Below, in pieces: positions 9,342 through 17,915 of a stretch of DNA of 64,000 nucleotides. This DNA is from Candidatus Heimdallarchaeum endolithica. GTDB taxonomy: Archaea; Asgardarchaeota; Heimdallarchaeia; Heimdallarchaeales; Heimdallarchaeaceae. The notes under the pieces are model-generated. The model did no database searches. It was not told the DNA's origin and saw only the letters and a program-made list of their open reading frames with translations. The stretch covers positions 1,824,001 to 1,888,000 of the forward strand of contig CP084167.1 of the NCBI GenBank assembly GCA_021513715.1. Direction: 5' to 3'. Position numbers and translations under genes: made by a program. Position 1 is the stretch's first letter. Every line of letters starts with the position of its first letter.

Positions 9342-9541
9342 TTGACATTCTCGCATGCTAAAGAATGGGAGGTTCTTGATTCTACAGAGAGAAGCAAAGG
9401 ACGTGCCACAGCCCCGTTAATGACTCCTGCAGGGAAACGTTCACCCTGTGCGAGACCTATATTTATTCAACCAACAGCATCTCTATGAGTTGAATTTTTA
9501 CATAATTTCTTCAAGACTCTACACAACCCAGAAAAACACCG
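9342..9541 (-). mobile_element. Decayed IS200/IS605-type relic: 3' end of tnpB plus right end (putative omegaRNA/reRNA region)
   Basis: Minus-strand frame reads C..LC.NSTHRDAVG*INIG (RuvC-III HRD motif with a stop), then GAVARP; ends in the hairpin ctcccat-tctttagc-atgcgag followed by aatgTCAA. Confidence 0.7.
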
Positions 9542-9685
9542 ATAGATGTTAGGACTGGATTAAGAGAATAAGAGACATACTTGTTTATAATTTGTAAGCA
9601 TTCACAAGCTTTAAAATACCTTGCTCTGAATTGAAAATGTTCAGAAAATAGTGAGAAAAATCTGAAGTAATAGGAAGGTACAGCG

Positions 9686-10321
9686 ATGTCATCAAGTAGT
9701 AGACGTAAAAGAGCACAAAGAAAAGTCGTTGATAAGTTTAAATTAAAATCATGGTATCAAGTACAAGCAGCGCCATATATCACCGATCAGGTTTTAGGAG
9801 AAACCATTGCAGATGATCCACAAAAACTATATGGCAGAGTCATCGAAATGGCTAAATTGGGGATACTAGACGATATTATTGCAGATTTAAATTTAAAGGT
9901 TAGATTCAAAATTGTTAATGTTGAAGGTACAATCTGTAGAACAGAATTTGTTGGACATGAAATCTCTAAAGAACAAATTCGTTCTCACATCAGAAGAAAC
10001 CGTAGTAGAATAGAAAGCATTCAAAATGTTACTACAAAAGACAAAGCTAAACTCAGAATTAGTACTATTATTGTTACTCCGATGAGATGTGGTACAAGCA
10101 CCCAAAAAATAATTAGAAAAGCAATTCAAGAATACATTGATAAAAAAGCTAAAGAAGAAAACTTTCAAACATTTGTTTTAAACATAGTAAATAGAAGCAT
10201 AGCTTCAGAAGTTGAAACAATTGTAAATAAGATTTACCCAACCATTCTTGTAGAAATTAGAAAAAGTAAGGTATTAGCTTTTCCTGGTGGAAAAACATTA
10301 GATAAGATTATTTCTGCTTAG
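9686..10321 (+). CDS. rps3ae: 30S ribosomal protein eS1 (S3Ae)
   Basis: DKFKLKSWY, GETIADDP..GRVIE, TEFVGHE, KIYP..VEIRK. Confidence 0.95.
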   Translation: MSSSSRRKRAQRKVVDKFKLKSWYQVQAAPYITDQVLGETIADDPQKLYGRVIEMAKLGILDDIIADLNLKVRFKIVNVEGTICRTEFVGHEISKEQIRSHIRRNRSRIESIQNVTTKDKAKLRISTIIVTPMRCGTSTQKIIRKAIQEYIDKKAKEENFQTFVLNIVNRSIASEVETIVNKIYPTILVEIRKSKVLAFPGGKTLDKIISA

Positions 10322-10463
10322 TTTTCTATTTATTTTATTACTTTGTTTCTTTCTTTTTATCTTATTTTATTAAACTAACTTTTCCAAATAAATCAGTAAT
10401 GTCAACTTTTAAAAATAAACTTGTATCATCTGACAATAGTAAAGGAAAAGGTGAATACTAACT

Positions 10464-10859
10464 TTGTCCCAAGCACTAGAATTCAAATTAAATATTGGAG
10501 ATAAAAAGGGTAAAGCTTATATTAAAATCGTCAAAGAAGAACAAGCTAATGCGTTAATTGGTTATAAAATCGGACAAACAGTTCAGGGAAACATCATTGG
10601 ATTGGAAGATTGGACTTTTACCATAACCGGAGGAAGTGATAGATCAGGGTTCCCCATGAGAAAAAGTGTAGATGGTCCAGGAAGAAAAAAACATCTTCTA
10701 AGTGGTGGTGTAGGATATCATCCTCCTCGTAAAGGAAGAAGAGCTCGAAAGAGTGTTCGAGGAAATACAATTTCAGAAGCAATTTACCAAATTAACCTTA
10801 AAGTGGAAAAAGAAGGAAAGAGACCATTAGAGGAACTTATAGGAGAAGCTTCTTCTTAA
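10464..10859 (+). CDS. rps6e: 30S ribosomal protein eS6
   Basis: ITGGSDRSGFPMR, RKSVRGNTIS, QINLK; TTG start after a GGTGA SD. Confidence 0.95.
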   Translation: MSQALEFKLNIGDKKGKAYIKIVKEEQANALIGYKIGQTVQGNIIGLEDWTFTITGGSDRSGFPMRKSVDGPGRKKHLLSGGVGYHPPRKGRRARKSVRGNTISEAIYQINLKVEKEGKRPLEELIGEASS

Positions 10860-10942
10860 TTTTTGCTAACCACCATTTTAATTAAATTAGAATTTTTTCG
10901 TTCTAAAAACACTTATATTTTTACAAAAATTAAAACTAAATA

Positions 10943-11425
10943 ATGAAAAAAAGAGATTCTTGGAATGAATATTTCTTAAAGATAGCTGATTTAGTCTCTA
11001 CGAGATCTACTTCTCCTCATAGGAAAGTAGGTGCAGTGCTAGTTAAAGACACCAGGATTATTGCTACAGGCTATAATGGAACTCCAAGAGGATTTCCACA
11101 CGAAATAGACACAGGTTGTCCTCGCGAAGAATTAAAACGTCAAGGAAAAATTAAATCAGGAGAAAGATATGAACTTTGTTCAGAAGTTCATGCAGAAATA
11201 AATGCGATTATACAATGTGCTTTATATGGGGTTTCATGTGAAAATGCAACCTTATATTGCTCAACTGTACCATGCAAACTTTGTGCTCGTGCATTAGTCA
11301 ATGCAAAGATAAAAGAAGTTTTTGTTTTAGAGGATAATATGGGAGTCGACGGTAGGGATATACTAGAAAAAGCTAATATTCCAGTATATGTTCTGGAAAA
11401 AGAAAAGTTTAAACGACTTGTTTAA
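10943..11425 (+). CDS. dCMP deaminase family protein
   Basis: TGYNG, HAEINA, PCKLC zinc motifs. Confidence 0.92.
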   Translation: MKKRDSWNEYFLKIADLVSTRSTSPHRKVGAVLVKDTRIIATGYNGTPRGFPHEIDTGCPREELKRQGKIKSGERYELCSEVHAEINAIIQCALYGVSCENATLYCSTVPCKLCARALVNAKIKEVFVLEDNMGVDGRDILEKANIPVYVLEKEKFKRLV

Positions 11426-11760
11426 ACAATCCTAAACATTTGTTCAATAACGCTTTTTGCTTTTTTTATTGTTCCTGAAATATAAATAGGAAACATTATT
11501 ACTGGAATAGAATTGATTTCACTTATCAAAGACATAGTTATAAGAGTGTTTTTTAGTGATTTTTGAGTGCAACGCAATAATCCTTTTCCATCTTTATATT
11601 CTTCAAAAAAAAGTCCTGCTTCAGTTGTTTTGGTAATTCCAAACAAAAACTGGTATTTTTGCCAGAAAATTCTTTTAATGTCTGACAATTTCAGTACTTC
11701 TTTTGAAACAGTCTTGTAAACAATATATCTGTCACGTATATTATCAATCACTTTTCTCAC
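11422..11760 (-). CDS. rnp2: RNase P protein Pop5/Rpp14 (component 2); start may be GTG at 11751
   Basis: RDRYIV, GLLRC, ISGTIKKAK; adjacent to Rpp30. Confidence 0.85.
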   Translation of the reverse strand: MRKVIDNIRDRYIVYKTVSKEVLKLSDIKRIFWQKYQFLFGITKTTEAGLFFEEYKDGKGLLRCTQKSLKNTLITMSLISEINSIPVIMFPIYISGTIKKAKSVIEQMFRIV

Positions 11761-12592
11761 CTACAATTTCAACTCCATTAAAAACATATTTTTCACTTTG
11801 TTTAGTTAAGTTTGAAACAAGAATTGTTAGTTGCTCATTAAAAACTGCGTTTCTTGATTTATTAAAAGGTATTCCAATTAATTCTCCAAGATAGCGCAAT
11901 TGTTGTGATGTTCTTAGATGATAAGGGGTCGTTGGTCTAACAGTAAGAATAAACTTGTTTCTCTTGACTATTAAATTTGTTATCTTTTTTACCGAACGTA
12001 TAGTTGAGCTTAAGTTTCTTGCATCGCCGGACAAAAATAAAGAATCTAAACACAATTCTAAGGTCATGTTATGCTGTTTTGCTAGTGATATCAATCCCTC
12101 ATCAACAGCTTCTTTGTTAGAAATACCGATTGTTAAATAGTCGACTCTACGATCGTGAGTTGCCCACTTTGCTACCTCTAAATTATCGCTAACAACACTA
12201 ATAACATCAAATCTTTTTCTATATTTAGCTAGGTCATCCTTTAAGTTAGCTATCGTTTCTCCTCTCAAAGTTTTTCTTGAGAATAGGAAAGTAGTCTTTG
12301 AGGAGTTTTTTATTGCTTTAATTGCAGATCTTATTTTATCATCAATCGTGTCACATTCTTTAATTTGTGGAAATAATGATGAGATAGATCTTATTTCGTC
12401 ATGTGACGTTTTCATTTTATCTTGGATAAAATATTCTATCTTTTTTTTCTCATAATTCTCTATACCCAAAAGCTTAATGCATAGTTTTTTCGAAATTTCA
12501 ATAAAGTTCAATAAATCATCATTATCTTTTACTTCAATAAAATTTTCACATGATAGAACAGAGAATTTATTTTTTTTCTCCTCAATCGACAT
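11744..12592 (-). CDS. rnp3: RNase P protein Rpp30 (component 3)
   Basis: RKRFDVISV, AKWATHDRRVD, PYHLR; overlaps Pop5. Confidence 0.8.
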   Translation of the reverse strand: MSIEEKKNKFSVLSCENFIEVKDNDDLLNFIEISKKLCIKLLGIENYEKKKIEYFIQDKMKTSHDEIRSISSLFPQIKECDTIDDKIRSAIKAIKNSSKTTFLFSRKTLRGETIANLKDDLAKYRKRFDVISVVSDNLEVAKWATHDRRVDYLTIGISNKEAVDEGLISLAKQHNMTLELCLDSLFLSGDARNLSSTIRSVKKITNLIVKRNKFILTVRPTTPYHLRTSQQLRYLGELIGIPFNKSRNAVFNEQLTILVSNLTKQSEKYVFNGVEIVGEKSD

Positions 12593-12751
12593 TTTTTACT
12601 AACCATATAATCAAAAACTTCAGAATTCAAAAACGTTTTTTTAGACCATAGTTCAAAAAAATGACCAAGCCAAATATCTAACCAATTAATTTATAAGTAG
12701 TATATTGATTTCCATCAAGAAGTAACCTCAATTAAGAATGGTGATATAAAC

Positions 12752-13216
12752 ATGAGTATTTATCAAACAATTTGGAAAGATAAGAAAAATCGTACTGCAC
12801 TAGTATCTTCTATTATAGCTATTGCCATGCTTATTTTAGTCATTTTCCTAGCATCTTTAAAACAAGATTTTGTTCCTAATTGGTTAAAATGGATGTATAC
12901 ACCTGGAGAATATAATGTTGGTTTAACAATTATTACTTTTATTTGCTTGGCAATTCTCTATCTATTCACATTAATCGCCATTGCAACAATAAATGAAATA
13001 AGAGCAAACCTACCAGGTTGGGGAAGCATCATTTTAAGTGCGATTATTACATTTCTCATTGGTATTATGGCTACATTCATAAAACCAGAAGAAGCAGAAA
13101 AATACTGGAATTATACAGCAGGAATGAGATGGACAATTTTTGGATCTTTATTCGCATTTGTAATTTTAAGTATAGTTTACTTGTTTTTCACAGAAACACC
13201 AGAAGAAGCAAACTAA
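12752..13216 (+). CDS. Hypothetical membrane protein (4 TM)
   Basis: Four hydrophobic helices; GGTGA SD; TATA upstream. Confidence 0.75.
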   Translation: MSIYQTIWKDKKNRTALVSSIIAIAMLILVIFLASLKQDFVPNWLKWMYTPGEYNVGLTIITFICLAILYLFTLIAIATINEIRANLPGWGSIILSAIITFLIGIMATFIKPEEAEKYWNYTAGMRWTIFGSLFAFVILSIVYLFFTETPEEAN

Positions 13217-13325
13217 TATGTTTCTTATTTTTTTATTCACTCAATTCTAGACAACAATAAATAATGTTATTTTTTTGAAATTATTATTTAGTAAAAAAAT
13301 ACACATTAAATGTTTTTAGTAGATA

Positions 13326-13742
13326 TTATGCGTTTACTTCACTTAATACTATTTCTTTTATTTCTGGAATCTCTTTTAATATGAGTTTAATTTCTTCAGA
13401 TGTTTTACTTAAGTCTTTTTTCTGGAAAAACCCTTCCCAAAGACACTTATTTTCCATAAGGCATAGACCTGTACTATAAATAACCTTACTTGCAAATTCT
13501 GAAATTTTGGTCATGACTTTTGCGACAATTTCTGGTGTAAGTGGATATATTGAAATAGATAGTCTTAATATTGAACTAGTTACAGGAAAAAAATATAATG
13601 CTCTTGCATTTTTTGCATAAATACTTAGAATAGGCCCATCTTTAGTCATCGTAGACAATTCTTCTTTTACATCCTCTGAAATTTCAACATCCATTGCATT
13701 CTCGTAAACTTTTGAATATGTCAACATAGATGTTTTGTTCAT
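13326..13742 (-). CDS. Hypothetical protein, possible ACT-like C-terminal domain
   Basis: IYSTGLC...CLWEGF pattern; ATG at 13742. Confidence 0.6.
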   Translation of the reverse strand: MNKTSMLTYSKVYENAMDVEISEDVKEELSTMTKDGPILSIYAKNARALYFFPVTSSILRLSISIYPLTPEIVAKVMTKISEFASKVIYSTGLCLMENKCLWEGFFQKKDLSKTSEEIKLILKEIPEIKEIVLSEVNA

Positions 13743-13853
13743 AGAAATCACTTTTTAGGTATTCAAACTAACATAACATTAACTAGTTATTAACTTTAAT
13801 GCTGTTAAAAACTATTAATTTCCATATATTAGTTTTTCTTTTTTTTTTTAATG

Positions 13854-14864
13854 TGTTTACTCTACCCACGTTGGTAACAAATAAATAGAAAGTGGGTTAC
13901 GAGGGTAAGTGACTAAACATGAATAAACCCAAACGTAACCTAGAGAGACTAAGAAAGATTGTGGTTAAAAAAGCTTTGGAAGGAGAGAAGATAAAAGAGG
14001 TAGCTCACGACTATATGGTGAGTAGAAAGTTTGTTTACAAGTGGTTGAAAAGGTTTGAGGAGAACCCTGAAGGAGAATGGTGGAAGGATAGATCTTCTAG
14101 ACCTAAAACTATACACAGGAAAGTAGATGAGGAGTTAAGAGAGAGGATAAGGGAGTTAAGAGTAAAGTAAGGAATGAACGTGGAGAAGATAGTTTATTTG
14201 CTAAAGAGAGAAGGAAGAGCATTATCACGAAACACAGTAGTTAAAGTAATAGGAGAGTTAGGTCTTCCTCTGTGGAGTAATAGAAAAAAGAGAAACATTA
14301 CTCGATACAAGAGTTTTGAACGCTCTAGCCCTAACGAACTCTGGCAGATAGATGTGAAAGGACCATTCTGGGTAGAAGAACAAGGACAACACCTTTATCT
14401 CATAACTCTGATAGACGACCACTCACGATTCTGTCTGGGAGCTAAACTCCACCCTTTTGCACCAAAAAAAGAGCAGATAATAAGTTTGTTAGAAGAAGCA
14501 ATAGAAAAATATGGACACCCCGAGTCTATCCTCACAGACAACGGAGCACTGTTTTCCTCCGTTAGAGGAGGAACAAGTACCTTCTCCCGTTGGTGTCAAA
14601 CAGAAGGAATAAAGCACATAAGATCTAGGGTTTTTCACCCCGAAACATGTGGAAAAGTAGAAAGACTACATGGAACCATCATCCGTGAGATGAGAAGACT
14701 AGGACTAACCTACTGTAACTCCGACCTCTCCTTCTACCGCTCATACTACAATTTTAGCCGCCCTCACCAGTCTCTTAACCTCCTTACCCCTGGAGAAAAA
14801 TTTATGAATCACCCCTATGTTTCTCTAGTGCCCAAAAGTGTAACCCAGGTCTATTGAGTGAACA
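13854..14864 (+). mobile_element. IS481-family insertion sequence
   Basis: Imperfect 26-bp TGT...ACA terminal IRs (18/26 identical); 15-bp target duplication tttttttttttaatg at 13839-13853 and 14865-14879. Confidence 0.92.
13919..14857 (+). pseudogene. IS481 transposase interrupted by an in-frame TAA (14168-14170)
   Basis: HTH half (VYKWLKRF, DRSSRP) and rve half (WQIDVK, TDNG, GKVER) lie in the same frame. Confidence 0.88.
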
Positions 14865-14943
14865 TTTTTTTTTTTAATGAAAAATTCTTTTCAAATCTTG
14901 TATAAGCACTCAATTGTTTAAAAATAATTTTGAAAGAAGTATT

Positions 14944-16213
14944 ATGGTTAAAATGAATTTCGCAATAATTAATGGAGTTATATATACAGTTAATAAAGAA
15001 AATGAAGTTATTAAAAATGGTACGATTCTTGTAAAAGATGGTAAAATAGAAAAAATATCACCAGAAACAATAAAAGCAGAAGGGTACGAAATAATTGATG
15101 CTGCAGGAGGACATATTTTTCCAGGTTTCATTGATTCACACACTCACCAAGGACTTTTTGATGGTTCTGTAGGTTGGCCTGGTTTCGATGGGAATGAAAT
15201 GACTGATCCTTCTACACCTTATGTAAGAGCTATTGATGCTATTAATCCTGAGGACTCAGCATTGATTGAAGCTAGGATAGGAGGAGTTACTACTATTCAA
15301 ACATGATCAGGATCAGGAAATGTTATAGGAGGAACAGATACTATAATTAAAACTTGGTCAGAGAGCAAAATAATTGACGACATGATTGTAAAAGAACCAT
15401 CATGGTAAGTTTATTTTGGGCATAGAAATTCTTAAAGGGATGATCGGACCAAATTACAAGGTCAGCATCTTTTCCTTCTTCTAAACTGCCTATTCTATCA
15501 CTAACACCTATCATTTCTGCAGCATTAATTTTAACAGCTTTTAGTGCTTCGTCAACTGGTAATCCTTCTTTTATGGCCATACAAGGTAAAATAGGAAAAT
15601 AACACAATCTCGTAAATGAATCACTTTGTATTGAAATTTTCACCCCAACTTTCCAAAGTATAACTGGAGTTTTAAAAGTTATATTTTTAAGTTCCACTTT
15701 TTCGAAACCCACTAAAGATGGTCCGACAGAAGCTGACACTCCTTTTTTCGCAATATATTCTGCTATTTTATGTCCTTCAGTAGCGTGAATTAAAACAAGG
15801 TTAATGTCAAACTGTGAGGTAATTAGATAATTACCGATCAATAGTTGCGTGAATTAAAACAAGGTTAATGTCAAACTCTTCAGCTAACCTAATTGCTGTG
15901 ACAATATCGTTTGCTTGATGACAATGCATATTTAGAGGAATCTCTCTGCGTAACACTTTCACAAGTATTTCTTTACCTATATCTCGTTCTGGTTCTGAAG
16001 GTATTTTCTCTTTTTCTCCCTTCTCAAAAGCAAGTTTTTTCTTTGCTTCATATTCTTCCCATTTTTTAGCATAATTTCGTGCTTCTACAAAAGTTTTTCT
16101 AAAAACTGCAGCATTTCCCATTCTTGTAGAGGGAAGTTTCTTATCTGTTCCATAAACTCTTTTTGGATTTTCACTTAAAGCTGACTTTAAACATGAGATA
16201 CTTTTTTACGTAA
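14944..16213. pseudogene. Amidohydrolase (imidazolonepropionase-like) pseudogene with nonsense codon, internal inversion and 64-bp insertion
   Basis: + strand N-terminus PGFIDSHTH..GGVTT then TGA; inverted block 15405-16191 encodes ENPKRVYG, HCHQANDI, IHATEG, GSLEEGKDADLVIW. Confidence 0.88.
15779..15877. repeat. 35-bp direct repeat (one mismatch) flanking a 29-bp hairpin-containing insert
   Basis: agtWgcgtgaattaaaacaaggttaatgtcaaact at 15779-15813 and 15843-15877; insert gtgaggtaattagataattaccgatcaat. Confidence 0.9.
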
Positions 16214-16345
16214 AAACTAAATTTTTAGTTTGTGGAGTTATTAGACCAATAACAACCTGAAACACATTTGCTTAAATAAAACATACAAAATATTGGGGAG
16301 TGTAACAACTTTTCAGCTATCTTTATATATTTAATTCTCATTTAT

Positions 16346-16590
16346 GTAGTGTCTTGAGCTAGATGCTTAAAGACGTAGGTTTCATTCCTACGACACCCGG
16401 TCTTCCCTTTGGGAGTTATGAGTGCCCGGGGTAAGGAGATGAACCCCTTAGAGAACTTAATTAAGACTGTGTCTTTCATGTTCTCTTAAGCCAGTCTTCA
16501 CAACTTTCGCTAAGTTTGTTGATTGGTTGGGGAGAGTCCTGAAGAAATTACGTAAAATTTCAACTCATGATTAATGGAAGTATAGCTTAC
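16346..16590 (+). ncRNA. Candidate stand-alone structured ncRNA of unknown class (tRNA-like 5' domain plus pseudoknot)
   Basis: TATA TTTATATA at 16322-16329; GC-richer than the flanks; many stems; lies between convergent genes. Confidence 0.6.
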
Positions 16591-16611
16591 AAAAAAGAAG
16601 AGTAAAATCAA

Positions 16612-16965
16612 TTAGGCCCGCTCATAATAACCAGGAGTTCTATGAGGCCCAAAAGATTCTACCCCCTCTTCTTTCAACTGTAACAATAACTCCTCTTTTT
16701 CTTTTTCTGATATTTCATCTCTTTCAAACAAAAAATTAATTATTTCTATTGCCTCATCTACTGTTTTACATCGGCATATAAAATCTATAACTCCAGGTTC
16801 ATATCCTCTGAATTTTCTTATTTTTTTTGTTCCTTTGCTTGTTCTTGCTTCATGTTCTGATAGAATTTGTTCACTTTCCTTTAGTTCTTTATAGATTGCA
16901 GGAAAAAAGTCCTTAATATCGTCTTCTAAATCTCCAGCATTAGCTTTTTTTTGCTTATTTTGCAT
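16612..16965 (-). CDS. DUF2095 family protein
   Basis: FRGYEPGVIDFICRCKT..EA.EII, GVESFG..R.PGYY. Confidence 0.85.
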   Translation of the reverse strand: MQNKQKKANAGDLEDDIKDFFPAIYKELKESEQILSEHEARTSKGTKKIRKFRGYEPGVIDFICRCKTVDEAIEIINFLFERDEISEKEKEELLLQLKEEGVESFGPHRTPGYYERA

Positions 16966-17043
16966 AATTAGACATAAAATTTAGTAATTAAAAGACTTAT
17001 GATTTATAATTTTGAAATAAAATTTCAACCTATGTTTATGAAA

Positions 17044-17856
17044 TTAAACTTTTGTTTTTTCAACCCTAAGATCTACAGCGATGTGTGCAATATTTGGAGA
17101 TAATGAGCGAATTTTTCTTATTAATTGAATTATAATCTTATTCTTTAACTTACTCTCTTTAACTACTCTCTCTAGTCTTTGCCTAACAATTTTTCCAAGA
17201 TCATTTTTGTTTTCTTTTTTTCCTACATACTCTGAAATTTGCCAATGGATAATCCCTTCTTCATTCGATAGAGATTTTATCGCTAGAGGAAGTGCTTTAT
17301 CGGCAAGCATTGGAAGAGGTAAAATTATTCTATCTGCATAATTAATAAACTGTTTTTTTACAATTTCAAGAGCATCACCTAAGTAAGGAATTACTTTATT
17401 ATTACACTTATTAACTTCAATATTTTTAATCATATATTGATAAGCAGCATAGTTTAACTCTATACTATGAATCACAGAAGAAGGCACTTTTTTTGCTATA
17501 CAAATAGAAAAGGGTCCTACTCCAGAAAAAAAGTTAATTATTTTCTCATTTTTATTAACTTCATTCGCAATACGTTGTCTTTCAAAACTTAATCTCGGTG
17601 AAAAGAAAACTTTTGCAGGGTTGAGATAGAATTTACACCCATATTCAGTATGTATCGTTTCAAATTTTTTTTCTCCCATAAAATATCTTAGAGAGGGAAC
17701 TCTTTCCTCTTTAGAGACTTTATTAGTTTGTAATAGTACTGTTCGTATATGCTTCTTCTTTGATAATTGTTCTTCAGCAAAGTTTCTTAATTTGCATAAA
17801 TCTTCATTCGACCTAATAATTAGTATGTGTCCTATTTGCTCAGAAATGACCTTCAT
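17044..17856 (-). CDS. Trm5/TYW2 (Met-10+) tRNA-modifying SAM-dependent transferase
   Basis: ETIHTEYGC.F, VFFSPRL..ER, FSGVGPF, ELN, DRIILPLP. Confidence 0.88.
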   Translation of the reverse strand: MKVISEQIGHILIIRSNEDLCKLRNFAEEQLSKKKHIRTVLLQTNKVSKEERVPSLRYFMGEKKFETIHTEYGCKFYLNPAKVFFSPRLSFERQRIANEVNKNEKIINFFSGVGPFSICIAKKVPSSVIHSIELNYAAYQYMIKNIEVNKCNNKVIPYLGDALEIVKKQFINYADRIILPLPMLADKALPLAIKSLSNEEGIIHWQISEYVGKKENKNDLGKIVRQRLERVVKESKLKNKIIIQLIRKIRSLSPNIAHIAVDLRVEKTKV

Positions 17857-17915
17857 AGTTTCTTGTAGAATGTATTACAGAATAGTTTAAAATCTTAATT
17901 GTATATTAACCAATA

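Noticed and set aside
9349-9455. Cobalamin riboswitch
   Set aside because: No complete B12-box; better explained as a tnpB 3' end and IS right end on the minus strand
15304-15306. In-frame TGA in the amidohydrolase as selenocysteine
   Set aside because: It falls at a Gly-like position of the T-G-P-G-S motif and the gene has two other disabling lesions, so a nonsense mutation is more likely
15779-15877. CRISPR array
   Set aside because: Only two repeats, the repeat is host coding sequence, and there is no leader or cas gene in the window
16346-16590. SRP RNA, RNase P RNA, a true tRNA or tmRNA
   Set aside because: No SRP helix-8 CAGG/GNRA/AGCA motif, no GAGGAAAGUCC P4 motif, no anticodon arm, no G3-U70 or CCA
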